This document shows, piece after piece, positions 45,701 through 54,805 of a DNA stretch of 64,000 nt. Origin of the DNA: a virus (lineage: Duplodnaviria > Caudoviricetes). Where the stretch lies: the IMG/VR virus record IMGVR_UViG_3300010270_000379, positions 11,649-75,648 of that record; one strand, 5' to 3'. Within the stretch, counting starts at the first letter, position 1. Every line of letters starts with the position of its first letter. A model generated the notes under the pieces. The model saw only the letters and a list, made by a program, of their open reading frames with translations, made no database searches and was not told the DNA's origin. A program made the position numbers and the translations under genes.

Positions 45701-45796
45701 ACACGTTTTTATGTGATTACTCTTTAATTAATAACACGTTTTCGTGTATTTGTCAATAAAAAATCTCAACATTTTATGTGATTTTTCCGATATAAT
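45701..45796. promoter_or_regulatory. Switch 1: divergent promoters with type-1 operators
   Basis: Minus-strand TTGACA(45756-51)-17-TATTAA; ACACG-TTTT-CGTGT at 45734, related sites at 45701 and 45766; plus-strand TATAAT at 45791. Confidence 0.7.
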
Positions 45797-45802
45797 AGCG
45801 TT

Positions 45803-46081
45803 ATGGATTATACGGAATTCTGGAAACGAACAAATTCTCTTATAAAACTTCTGAATAAAACACAAAGAGGCCTTGCGCTTGAATGTGGTTTTACTGAAAG
45901 AAGGATAGAGACATTATCATCTAATAACAGATCCCCAGATGTAATTGAAGCCGTAAAAATTGCACAAACATTAAATACTACTGTAGAATATCTGGTTACA
46001 GGACAGGATGAAAATGCCGCAGCAAAAGAACTAACAGAATTAAAAGCTAAATTAGCCGATTTAATTATGTTCAAGAAATAG
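45803..46081 (+). CDS. XRE-family HTH repressor 1 (apparently leaderless)
   Basis: TQRGLALECG...IETL...PDVIEAVKIAQTLNTTVEYLVTG. Confidence 0.85.
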   Translation: MDYTEFWKRTNSLIKLLNKTQRGLALECGFTERRIETLSSNNRSPDVIEAVKIAQTLNTTVEYLVTGQDENAAAKELTELKAKLADLIMFKK

Positions 46082-46206
46082 CCTCCTATAAGATTTTTGT
46101 CGTTCGTCATTTATGTCGCGCGACTTTTCCAGAATCTTATAGGAAATATATTGTTTTAATGTAGTTGAATTCGCTTGAATCGTCACTTTAATTGCTTAAA
46201 GCAAAA

Positions 46207-46860
46207 TTAAAGGCCATTTTCTTGTTTAAATTTCTCTACCAATTCACCGGTAGAATTGCACATATTTCTTTCCCTGGCTGATTTTATTTTATGTGTTATT
46301 GTCTGCTCTGAAAACAGGCCTATTTCTTTTTGTAACTTACCTTTTGCAAGCTCTTTTAAAATATCTATTTCATCCTTAGTTAGATTTAGTTTCTCTGGTT
46401 TATTAATTGCAAATACATAATTCATTTTAATCTGAAACATAAACACATAAACTATATGAATCAGAAAGGCAACTATATCTAATCTTTTAATACTAAATGA
46501 AATAACAACGTTTATAAGATATATCCAGGGAGCTACCTTTTTTAATTTTGGATTAGCACCTATGGCAATCAGCATAAAAAAGATTGTAGCATAGTTATAA
46601 AACATGTTTACATAAACTAATGAGCATGAATATATTAAAAGTCTATAAGATAAACCTTTACGACCAAACAGGAATATAAAAAGTGATATAATACCGCATC
46701 CACCGGCACGTAAATACCAATGATATTCTATGCTGCTAGTTTTATATTCATAAAAATGCAATGCAATTAAAAGTAAGTGTAAAAGAAAAATGTGTAATAA
46801 ATCTTTGTCATTTATAAGTAATAAATATTTTTGTTTCAGCTTTGTAAATAGTTTTCTCAT
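46207..46860 (-). CDS. Multi-TM protein with C-terminal LuxR-like HTH
   Basis: About five hydrophobic segments, then LTKDEIDILKELAKG...KEI...SEQTITHKIKSAR. Confidence 0.65.
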   Translation of the reverse strand: MRKLFTKLKQKYLLLINDKDLLHIFLLHLLLIALHFYEYKTSSIEYHWYLRAGGCGIISLFIFLFGRKGLSYRLLIYSCSLVYVNMFYNYATIFFMLIAIGANPKLKKVAPWIYLINVVISFSIKRLDIVAFLIHIVYVFMFQIKMNYVFAINKPEKLNLTKDEIDILKELAKGKLQKEIGLFSEQTITHKIKSARERNMCNSTGELVEKFKQENGL

Positions 46861-46894
46861 TTATGCTTTTATTTTCGGCATAAATGAGATTAAA

Positions 46895-48496
46895 CTAAAT
46901 TATGAGCATCGACTTTCTGATTGATTTATTCATATCGGCTGTATCCGGTGGAATTTCTTCTTCTGTCTCAGTTTCTTCAAATCCGGCTTCTTCACCGCCG
47001 CCAAAATCACCCATATCTCCGCCCATACTGTCATCATTCATGGTCTGTTGGCTCTGGAATAACTGTACAAGTTGTACATTCATAGGCAAGTCTGCAGCAT
47101 TTTCAACTTTTCCCAAGTCTATAGGATCCAGGCCCTTCTCAGCTCTCTTTTCGTTTACAGTTTTCCAGGTTCTTACTTCTTTTTCATCCAGATCCGCGAT
47201 AGTGTTAGGATTATCTTTTTCATATCCTACAAACTCTAATACATAATTTTCATCAATTTTTTCAATGATTCTGTTAAGATATGATTCAAAGAATACAAGT
47301 AAATCACCAAGTAAAGAACTTTTTGCAGCAGCAATTCTATCAGATCCGGCACTATCAATAACAGGCTGTGACTTTTGAATTTGTAATCCAATTTCATCAG
47401 CAGAACAACCAAATAAAGCTAATACACCACTTACAAGATAATCTATCCAAGCCTGGAATTCCATTTCACGGTTAGTATTTATCGGCTTCCACTCGATTTT
47501 AGCATCTTTATCGCCACTAGGAATAATTGGAATTCGCCACTGATTTAACGGACTTCCTGACATAATCTCACTTATGTATTCTTCCATTTCATCAAGATTA
47601 TCAGAATTCATATCACCGCTTAAAAGTAACATACCTTTAGGCAATCTGTTTTCAGTAAAGTTTCCGGCATTGTAAATGAATGTGTTAATAACCGATGTAA
47701 TAAGATCTACGGCCTGTTCTACAAGAGAATAACCATATTTTGAATGGTAAATGTCGGTTCTAGGATTTTCAAAGGCAAAAATCATATTTTCATAGGTGTA
47801 ACCGGCTGCCGGCATACCGTCTACAATCTGCAAATACTTGAATGTAGTTTCATTTTCCTTCTCAGGTATTACACATTCAATAGTTGCAGCATCCACGGCA
47901 AAAAACGCTACCGGCTCACCCTTTTTATTATACTGAATTTCTGTTGCTATCTGGTCCAATGTCAATTCATCACGCAAAAGTTTAGTACAATAAGTAACAA
48001 AATTGTCACGGCCTGGATCCTTATAATTTCCGGTTGAAACAATAAAATCCCTGATTAAATCACATTTTTTATCTTCATTTTTGTTGTTGGATATAATTTC
48101 TTCATACTTTTTATGTATAATAAATCCTCGTTCATTACGACTTGTAACCGGCTTCAAAAATGGTTTAATTCTTCTTGAAACATAGTTGATACAGGTATTA
48201 ATAATCCAGGCCTTAGATGCTACAGCCCTTAAAGTTCTACAATGAATTCCGCCATACTGAATTCTTGATAGAGTTCTAATATTCTCAAAACTATTAGATG
48301 ATACAAAATAAGGATCATAGAAAACAGAATCGGCACCATGTTCACGGCCTTTTTCCTGGAAGAAGTAAGTATTAAAGATATTTTTACTATCCTTTTTAGC
48401 TTCTACAAGTTCATTATAAGCGACTCTCTTAGAATTTGTTTTATCAAAAGCTGCTCTTTGTTTTAAAAGTTTATCAACATCAATCTTTTCTGCCAT
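46895..48496 (-). CDS. Portal protein
   Basis: RDELTLDQIATE, AVDAATI, YGYSLVE, YNAGNF, PKGML, FGCSADEIG; start MAEK. Confidence 0.9.
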   Translation of the reverse strand: MAEKIDVDKLLKQRAAFDKTNSKRVAYNELVEAKKDSKNIFNTYFFQEKGREHGADSVFYDPYFVSSNSFENIRTLSRIQYGGIHCRTLRAVASKAWIINTCINYVSRRIKPFLKPVTSRNERGFIIHKKYEEIISNNKNEDKKCDLIRDFIVSTGNYKDPGRDNFVTYCTKLLRDELTLDQIATEIQYNKKGEPVAFFAVDAATIECVIPEKENETTFKYLQIVDGMPAAGYTYENMIFAFENPRTDIYHSKYGYSLVEQAVDLITSVINTFIYNAGNFTENRLPKGMLLLSGDMNSDNLDEMEEYISEIMSGSPLNQWRIPIIPSGDKDAKIEWKPINTNREMEFQAWIDYLVSGVLALFGCSADEIGLQIQKSQPVIDSAGSDRIAAAKSSLLGDLLVFFESYLNRIIEKIDENYVLEFVGYEKDNPNTIADLDEKEVRTWKTVNEKRAEKGLDPIDLGKVENAADLPMNVQLVQLFQSQQTMNDDSMGGDMGDFGGGEEAGFEETETEEEIPPDTADMNKSIRKSMLII

Positions 48497-48533
48497 TTTT
48501 AAGGTTCCTCCCAAAAATTAGAAAATTTAAAAT

Positions 48534-48641
48534 AAAAAAGCCGGCTATTGTCTTTTTCAACAATAACCGGCTGCAGATTTCTCAACATACCTGATATATA
48601 ATTTATAAAGATATTTTACACTATAATGTTTTAATTGTCAT
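48534..48641 (-). promoter_or_regulatory. Late leader L6 (portal)
   Basis: ATGACA-17-TAAAAT; ATGTTGAGAAATCTGCAGCCGG...CCGGC followed by T-run. Confidence 0.7.
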
Positions 48642-48891
48642 TAGTTATATTTTTTATACAATCAGAATAATCTTGATCTTCTTTATATATCCAATTTTTA
48701 TGAATTTCCCTCCCTGTTATTATTACAATACCAGGTTCTTTCATCATAAATTTTTCACCACGTTGTATTGTTAATAAATCTCTATATTGTTTTTCAGAAT
48801 ATGATTCTTTTGCTTCTTCCCATTGTTCCGCTGTTACAACAAATACTTCATTTTTATCTACATCAAAAAAAAGAGCTTGTGAATATTTCAT
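48631..48891 (-). CDS. Hypothetical protein
   Basis: RBS plus ORF. Confidence 0.55.
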   Translation of the reverse strand: MKYSQALFFDVDKNEVFVVTAEQWEEAKESYSEKQYRDLLTIQRGEKFMMKEPGIVIITGREIHKNWIYKEDQDYSDCIKNITNDN

Positions 48892-48908
48892 TATTTTCCT
48901 ACCCTCCT

Positions 48909-49139
48909 TTAGTTTTTGTACTCTTTCATTTTCAAGTCATTACCTGTCTTTGAAATTACATCGGGATCTTTTATATATTTGTTGATATATTTAGTAAGCA
49001 TTTTTCTTGAACCGTATAACGTGAAGGATTCTAATATTGTTTCACGTTTTGTTTTACCAAGACTGATACCCCACATAGGCAATTCCATATCAAGATATTT
49101 TTTTAATATCCTCTGGCTTTTGGTTTTATACATTCCCAT
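48909..49139 (-). CDS. Hypothetical protein
   Basis: RBS plus ORF. Confidence 0.55.
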   Translation of the reverse strand: MGMYKTKSQRILKKYLDMELPMWGISLGKTKRETILESFTLYGSRKMLTKYINKYIKDPDVISKTGNDLKMKEYKN

Positions 49140-49162
49140 GTTTTACCACCTATTAAAAAGAT

Positions 49163-49408
49163 TTAAATATCATTAGTTTTATTAGCGCCTAGAACAAAAC
49201 CACCCGCAAAACCTGTTGAATATATATCTTTGATAAACCTTAGTTGCCCTGGACTAAACATATTTATATCTTCAATTTGCTTCTTAAAATTTTTATCAAA
49301 CAAAACTTCACCCATACTTTTATATTTTTCATAATCTTTAGATACAATTTCTTTATCAATAACAATATCAGCCATTAATTTTATACTCCCCAATAATTTC
49401 ATCAGCAA
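49163..49408 (-). CDS. Hypothetical protein
   Basis: In-operon ORF (start may be MADI). Confidence 0.5.
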   Translation of the reverse strand: MLMKLLGSIKLMADIVIDKEIVSKDYEKYKSMGEVLFDKNFKKQIEDINMFSPGQLRFIKDIYSTGFAGGFVLGANKTNDI

Positions 49409-49604
49409 AAAACTTTAATTTTGAATCTGTATGAGTTTTATTATAAGTCTCTACGAACAACTTTTGAATACCTTTATTTGCGGCCCTGATTCTTTGCATC
49501 CTGATTTTTTCAAGTCTCATTATGGCCTTTACTGTTTTATCTGGATAATTTTCTTTGAGTAAATCTGAAAAACTAATAGGCTTAAAATCTGTTAGACTAT
49601 TCAT
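49368..49604 (-). CDS. Hypothetical protein
   Basis: In-operon ORF. Confidence 0.5.
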   Translation of the reverse strand: MNSLTDFKPISFSDLLKENYPDKTVKAIMRLEKIRMQRIRAANKGIQKLFVETYNKTHTDSKLKFFADEIIGEYKING

Positions 49605-49673
49605 AATTATCTTTCCTGTTTTAATATATTATAACTGAACTTAATTTCATTAAATACAGTTCTAAACCTAGTT

Positions 49674-49919
49674 TTATATACAAACTGATAAATAAACATA
49701 TCTATATGCTCTACATCTCTTATTATTGCACCATGTTTTTTTCCAGGCTCTTGCTGAGATATGATTTTTATATCTGAAATAGACTAATTCATCTAATACA
49801 TAGTTCTCTATTGTATCAGATAAATTTGTATTAAGATGACTGTCTGGTTGTATAGACTGAATAACACCGTCATCATCTATATACACTCTTGCATGATCTG
49901 ATAAATATTCTTTATTCAT
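49674..49919 (-). CDS. Hypothetical protein
   Basis: In-operon ORF. Confidence 0.5.
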   Translation of the reverse strand: MNKEYLSDHARVYIDDDGVIQSIQPDSHLNTNLSDTIENYVLDELVYFRYKNHISARAWKKTWCNNKRCRAYRYVYLSVCI

Positions 49920-50368
49920 ATTTTTACCACCGTATTTGTAGTTTCATCTATAATTTTTTCAATTTCCCTATTAAATGGCATTATAAATAACTGAGCAGCT
50001 TTTAATATTGGATCTATTTGTGTCTGTAAAGAGTTATTATATTTTCTTACTAACTCAATTTTATCTTCACCAACAATTACGGTAGAACCAGGATTATATA
50101 AGGATTTAATATATTGTTCACGTTGCTCCAAAATTTTATTATATTCAATTTTTAATTTCTGAAAATTATACAATTCCAATGCTGATACATGGCCGTATGT
50201 ATAACCATTATCAAAACAAACAAGATAAGTTGATTTACTTTGAGATAATTGTGCTAGAAATAATCTTTCTTCCAGAGCTTCTGCAGACTGTTTACAAACA
50301 ATTTTCACTTCTTCTGGAAGATTATTCCAATCTATTTTTTCAAGCTGATTTATTTCAATCTCACTCAT
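49916..50368 (-). CDS. Hypothetical protein
   Basis: In-operon ORF. Confidence 0.55.
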   Translation of the reverse strand: MSEIEINQLEKIDWNNLPEEVKIVCKQSAEALEERLFLAQLSQSKSTYLVCFDNGYTYGHVSALELYNFQKLKIEYNKILEQREQYIKSLYNPGSTVIVGEDKIELVRKYNNSLQTQIDPILKAAQLFIMPFNREIEKIIDETTNTVVKI

Positions 50369-50559
50369 TATTTATTAATCCTTCCGCACTTCGGACATTT
50401 TGGCTGCTTGTTTAATGGAGTTCCACAATAACCGCAATAATTGAACTGATTGGTTAGTTCTACGTTGATATATCCATATCCGTTACATCTTTTGCAAGGT
50501 TTACCCAAAATCTTTCCTGTTCCCTCGCAATCTCTACATGTTTCTTGCTCAAATTTCAT
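50368..50559 (-). CDS. DnaJ-type Zn-finger small protein
   Basis: CRDCEGTG...CKRCNGYG...CGYCG...CPKCG. Confidence 0.65.
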   Translation of the reverse strand: MKFEQETCRDCEGTGKILGKPCKRCNGYGYINVELTNQFNYCGYCGTPLNKQPKCPKCGRINK

Positions 50560-50573
50560 AGTTTTATTATATC

Positions 50574-50753
50574 CTAATAAGTACACATATAACAACTAAA
50601 ATGATTTTCTATATCCTTTTTAGTAGGCTTCTTATTCAATATCTTACAACCACATTCGCATGTTGTTTCCCAAGGTAAAGCCTTGTGTATACGATTATCA
50701 ACACCAATTACAGAAATATAGTATTTCTGATCTACTGTTTCGTTTTCATTCAT
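50574..50753 (-). CDS. 59-aa Cys-containing hypothetical protein
   Basis: Translated by hand (MNENETVDQKYY...CECGC...CYMC). Confidence 0.5.
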   Translation of the reverse strand: MNENETVDQKYYISVIGVDNRIHKALPWETTCECGCKILNKKPTKKDIENHFSCYMCTY

Positions 50754-50977
50754 TCTTTTACCTCTACAACATTGTTTGAACTGATTAATTCAAATCCTTT
50801 TGTATACGTCATTGTGATAGTAGGACACTGTGGATTTACGTCAAAATCAGTTATGTTTATATATTCAATAGGTTCACCCTTGTTATTAAAAATATAAGGT
50901 ATCTTGTAACGTTTACCCTCTGAAAATCCTTTAAGGATCTCCGCCCATTTTTTAGCTTCTTCCTGAGTTAATAACAT
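50750..50977 (-). CDS. Hypothetical protein
   Basis: In-operon ORF. Confidence 0.55.
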   Translation of the reverse strand: MLLTQEEAKKWAEILKGFSEGKRYKIPYIFNNKGEPIEYINITDFDVNPQCPTITMTYTKGFELISSNNVVEVKE

Positions 50978-50981
50978 CTAT

Positions 50982-51416
50982 TCACTCCCCCCAACAATTA
51001 AGACAATACCATTTTCCGTCTGAAAAAATCATATCTTTTACGTTGTGGTATTTTCCACATTCAGAACATTCTAAAATTAGCAGATTACTGTTTATTTTTT
51101 CAAAATAAAACTTATTATCCCATTCGTGAAAAGTTATCATTCCATATCGTTCTGCAACTTTTACGATGTATATTTTCTTGATACGTTTTATTAATTCACC
51201 AAGAAAAACAGATCTCCAAGTTTCAAGTCTTGTTGCTCGTTTGTAATGGTTACAGATACGGCAAGAAGGATTGTAATTCTCAATACTGTCAGCACCACCT
51301 AACCTTTGCGGAATAATATGGTCTACTTGCATTTCTTTTAATGTAATTTCGTGTCCGCAATAAGCACATCTGCCATTGTATTTCTGATAGACCTGTTCTC
51401 TAATTTGTTTAGTCAT
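50982..51416 (-). CDS. HNH endonuclease
   Basis: CAYCG...QVDHIIP...N.NPSCRICN. Confidence 0.85.
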   Translation of the reverse strand: MTKQIREQVYQKYNGRCAYCGHEITLKEMQVDHIIPQRLGGADSIENYNPSCRICNHYKRATRLETWRSVFLGELIKRIKKIYIVKVAERYGMITFHEWDNKFYFEKINSNLLILECSECGKYHNVKDMIFSDGKWYCLNCWGE

Positions 51417-51418
51417 TT

Positions 51419-51769
51419 CTATTCACTCTCCTTTAGTTCTGGAAGTACAATTTCTTTCCAAGCGTAAGGTTGCATTACTTCTGAATATTCTTGATTAGTC
51501 CAACACCCAAACATTTCTTCATATTTTGCAACGTAGTAATATCCACGATAAGAAACACACAATTTCCAATCTTCATCTTTCGGTAAATCTCCGTCTTTCA
51601 CATAATGCCATTCATTCGCCTTGTTATAACCGAACTCCGCACCTTTTTGATATGCTTCTTTTACATCGCTATATCGATAATTTATTATTCCATCTTCTCC
51701 ATAATCTGAAACATTTATTTTATAATGATAAATACCATCTGCGTGTTTTTCTGCTTCTTTCTCAAACAT
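51419..51769 (-). CDS. DUF551-like protein
   Basis: WHYVKDGDLPK...YAWKEI. Confidence 0.55.
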   Translation of the reverse strand: MFEKEAEKHADGIYHYKINVSDYGEDGIINYRYSDVKEAYQKGAEFGYNKANEWHYVKDGDLPKDEDWKLCVSYRGYYYVAKYEEMFGCWTNQEYSEVMQPYAWKEIVLPELKESE

Positions 51770-52010
51770 TCTCTAACTCCTTTGCCACAAACTCATAACA
51801 TTCTTTTTCTGTTCCTTCAAACAGAACTTTCTCATAGACAGGCTTTGTATCTATAGTGTAATAATGTCCACTCATTTTATATACATAATATTTTTTATCT
51901 TCTGTCATAGTTATTCCTCTACCACCGTAACAATGATAACGAATGTTCTTCGGATTGTAGCATCTATCTTTCATTCTTGAATAGATTGTATTTAATCTGC
52001 AATAAGACAT
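51762..52010 (-). CDS. Chimeric small ORF with an HNH N-terminal remnant
   Basis: YSRMKDRCYNPKNIRY.CYGGRGI followed by an unrelated C-terminus. Confidence 0.5.
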   Translation of the reverse strand: MSYCRLNTIYSRMKDRCYNPKNIRYHCYGGRGITMTEDKKYYVYKMSGHYYTIDTKPVYEKVLFEGTEKECYEFVAKELENV

Positions 52011-52011
52011 A

Positions 52012-52632
52012 TTACCCCTCCTTTATGTCGTTATTTAAGAATTGCTCTGCTTCTTCCCACATCTTGTCATATAATTCGCTTTTACGTTGATATTCTTCGT
52101 CATCTTTATAACTACTATCAAACTCAACAAGATTTTTAATAATTTCTTTTGCTTTAGTGAGTTGTTCTTCAAGTTCACAATAAGGTCGTTTATTTCTGAA
52201 AGCATCGTTTATCTGCTGTCTTACGTGCTCACCTACCTTGTCAATCGCGTCTAGTTCTGCTTTCAGTTCTGCGTTTTCTTCTTTCCAAGATTTATACTTT
52301 TCACAAGGGCAACCAATTTCATTTCTAAAACATCTTTCAGTTGCATTTGCACAAGAGTAGCAAAACTTATTTCTATTTTTTTGGCAATCAAGTTCTGCAT
52401 TTTCTTTTTCAAGGTCTACAACCTCTTTCTGTTTCTTTTCAAGGCTATCAACAAGTTTATGGCACTTATCTGAAATCTTTTTGTTTGTGGCTTCAAGTTC
52501 CGCTATTCGCTTTTCTCTTGGCTCGGCACCTTTAATGTATGCTCTTGCTAAAGCCTTCATCATTGAAGGTGACGCTCCCCAAAACCAATCTGCGTATTCT
52601 TTTGCTTCTTTTTCAAGTTTTTCTTTAATCAT
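52012..52632 (-). CDS. Coiled-coil hypothetical protein
   Basis: EKENAELK repeats. Confidence 0.6.
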   Translation of the reverse strand: MIKEKLEKEAKEYADWFWGASPSMMKALARAYIKGAEPREKRIAELEATNKKISDKCHKLVDSLEKKQKEVVDLEKENAELDCQKNRNKFCYSCANATERCFRNEIGCPCEKYKSWKEENAELKAELDAIDKVGEHVRQQINDAFRNKRPYCELEEQLTKAKEIIKNLVEFDSSYKDDEEYQRKSELYDKMWEEAEQFLNNDIKEG

Positions 52633-53012
52633 TTTTCTTTTATCTCCTGTAAAACTTCACAACTAATATCATAAATTATAACAAGTCTGTCTCCATAACC
52701 AGAGATATTGTCGTTCTGAACTGTTTTTATAATTTTCTTTAAGGCACATTTTGTTTTCTCAATCTGTGCTTTCAGTCCCTTAATCTCATTATCTCTGCCT
52801 TCTAACTGATAATCAGCATTAGCCTTGACTTCTTCATATTGTTTATATAATTCTGTATATGCTCTGTCTAAGGCTAAGTTTTCACTTTTTAAATCCATTA
52901 CCTTTTTGAAATAAACACAGTTGTCTGGATTAAACAGGCAACATACATTTTCTTCGTTTCTATGTCTGCATCCTTCAAAATCACAGATATATTTATTAAA
53001 CTTCTCTTTCAT
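52629..53012 (-). CDS. Hypothetical protein
   Basis: In-operon ORF. Confidence 0.55.
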   Translation of the reverse strand: MKEKFNKYICDFEGCRHRNEENVCCLFNPDNCVYFKKVMDLKSENLALDRAYTELYKQYEEVKANADYQLEGRDNEIKGLKAQIEKTKCALKKIIKTVQNDNISGYGDRLVIIYDISCEVLQEIKEK

Positions 53013-53137
53013 TTTCTTACCACCTTGTTTTTAAGTTTTGCTACTTCATTACAGAGTTTTTGAAGTAACTCTATAAACCTGTCAAAGTTATCTGAAAGAG
53101 TTTTTGTTGCTTCGGATAGTTCGTTATTCTCTTTCAT
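53009..53137 (-). CDS. 42-aa hypothetical protein
   Basis: GAGG RBS; MKENNELSEA... Confidence 0.45.
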   Translation of the reverse strand: MKENNELSEATKTLSDNFDRFIELLQKLCNEVAKLKNKVVRK

Positions 53138-53385
53138 TCTTAACCTCTGATGAATTAAGTTTTTCTCTAAGTTTTATATTTTCTGAATATGCGTTATACC
53201 ACTTAGCTTTCATATCACTAAGTTCATTTTCCAGAGCTTCAATTAACCAATCTTGCAAAAAAATAAATTCCTGTATCTTTCAGATCTGCATAATCACTGT
53301 CATCATAAACATTAAGCTCAATAAGCCTTTTGGCAATTTTTTCATTTTCTGATTTTGGTGGTTCATAAGTTTTCCAATCTGTCAT
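53124..53385 (-). pseudogene. ORF split by a homopolymer run
   Basis: T7 on the coding strand (A7 at 53257-53263); removing one base gives a continuous 86-aa ORF. Confidence 0.4.
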
Positions 53386-53984
53386 TCCTTCTCTCCCTTT
53401 AATAAAATCAAATTATTCTGAACTTTTCTTAAATAGTTATATGTAGAAGGTTTTACAGTCCCATTCATTACAGCACCTTTTCCACCGTTATAGGCAAGAA
53501 TTACATCATCCTGGATCTTGAATTTATCCTGTAAATATTTTAGATGATGTAATGCAATGTATGTGTTATGCTTCCAATTGAAAGGATTAAGCTCTATATT
53601 TTCAAACCAATAATCATTTTTAAATTCAGTCCACAAATATCTATCATTTAATTGAAACATTCCTAAATCAAGTGTTCCGTTTTCATTAGGCCGGCTAATT
53701 GCATCAGGATTAAACTCAGGATTTTCAACCATAAGTATAGCTACAATTAAATCTGGATCCATTTTAAGTTCATCAGCCATATCACAAATATAGTTAGATA
53801 AATTGGCCGGCATCATTTTATACTTAGGTTCTCTTTCTACTTTTTCAAATTCTTTTACCGAAAAATCAACGGCTATTTTTTTTGTTTTCTTATATCCCAT
53901 TGAATAAGACAAAGCTGCAACAAAAACAAATAAAACTACAGTTACAACGGTGATAATTATTAATTTTACTCTCTTATATTCCAT
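53382..53984 (-). CDS. Membrane-anchored lytic transglycosylase (SLT)
   Basis: N-terminal TM; ILMVEN catalytic Glu, DLGMFQLN, AYNGG. Confidence 0.85.
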   Translation of the reverse strand: MEYKRVKLIIITVVTVVLFVFVAALSYSMGYKKTKKIAVDFSVKEFEKVEREPKYKMMPANLSNYICDMADELKMDPDLIVAILMVENPEFNPDAISRPNENGTLDLGMFQLNDRYLWTEFKNDYWFENIELNPFNWKHNTYIALHHLKYLQDKFKIQDDVILAYNGGKGAVMNGTVKPSTYNYLRKVQNNLILLKGEKE

Positions 53985-53997
53985 ATTTTTTACCAGA

Positions 53998-54294
53998 TTA
54001 ATCTTGTTCTTCAAAAAACATTTTGACTTGATTTACATATTGCCTGGAAACATTTAGTTTTTTTGCAATTTCTATTTGTTTAGTTCCGGCCTGTAATTCT
54101 TCCTCAATTTTTTTTGCCATTCCAGATTTTAGTCTATGAGATTCTTTACAGGCTTTTACTCCATAGAACCGTAAAATAGATTGTACCCTTGTACGTTTCA
54201 TAGAATAAAAATCTGCAATTTCATCAACTGTTTTACCTTCCAGGGCCATTTTTTTTATATTATGATTTCTAGCAGCTCGTTCTGTCTGATTCAT
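53998..54294 (-). CDS. Double-HTH DNA-binding protein
   Basis: KTVDEIADFYSMKRTRVQSIL and KQIEIAKKLNVSRQYVNQV. Confidence 0.7.
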   Translation of the reverse strand: MNQTERAARNHNIKKMALEGKTVDEIADFYSMKRTRVQSILRFYGVKACKESHRLKSGMAKKIEEELQAGTKQIEIAKKLNVSRQYVNQVKMFFEEQD

Positions 54295-54617
54295 CGCTTT
54301 TTTGCTCCTGTTTTATACTTCTGGTGATAACCTGGTAAATCATCATCCGGCAGCTTCAACCACTCAATAACGCTTTCTCTGCTCCAAACTTTACGGCCAC
54401 CAACATAAGCATCAGGAACACCACCTTTACACTGATAAAAACGGTTACTTCGATATGTACTAAGTGACATACCACCTTTTAATTCCCAACATTGCTGATC
54501 GTTGTACCACTGAGAATTTAAACGGTCCTGAAATTCCTGTTTTGACTTCTCAGCAGCAACCATATTTTTTATTTTGGAGATTTCATCAAGAATTATTGTA
54601 AATTCTGGTATTTCCAT
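54291..54617 (-). CDS. Excisionase-like wHTH protein
   Basis: P...VGGRKVWSRESVIEWL. Confidence 0.5.
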   Translation of the reverse strand: MEIPEFTIILDEISKIKNMVAAEKSKQEFQDRLNSQWYNDQQCWELKGGMSLSTYRSNRFYQCKGGVPDAYVGGRKVWSRESVIEWLKLPDDDLPGYHQKYKTGAKKR

Positions 54618-54619
54618 AA

Positions 54620-54805
54620 TTACAACCTTCCATTAAGATAATTATTCATTTCAATTTCAGAATCAAAATATAAGTCTTGATTACCTAATCTTATTCTAAA
54701 CTTAGGTTTTTCAAGTCTTTTCTTGGCTTCACTATTTTCTGGATGGTCCTTTAACACTTCTTCCGCAAGTTTATGAGTAAATCCTTTATCAATTAATAAA
54801 CTCAT
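54620..54805 (-). CDS. Hypothetical protein
   Basis: In-operon ORF. Confidence 0.5.
   Translation of the reverse strand: MSLLIDKGFTHKLAEEVLKDHPENSEAKKRLEKPKFRIRLGNQDLYFDSEIEMNNYLNGRL

Noticed and set aside
45682-45710. Plus-strand promoter from TTGACA at 45682
   Set aside because: There is no -10-like hexamer at 16-18 bp (GTTTTT).
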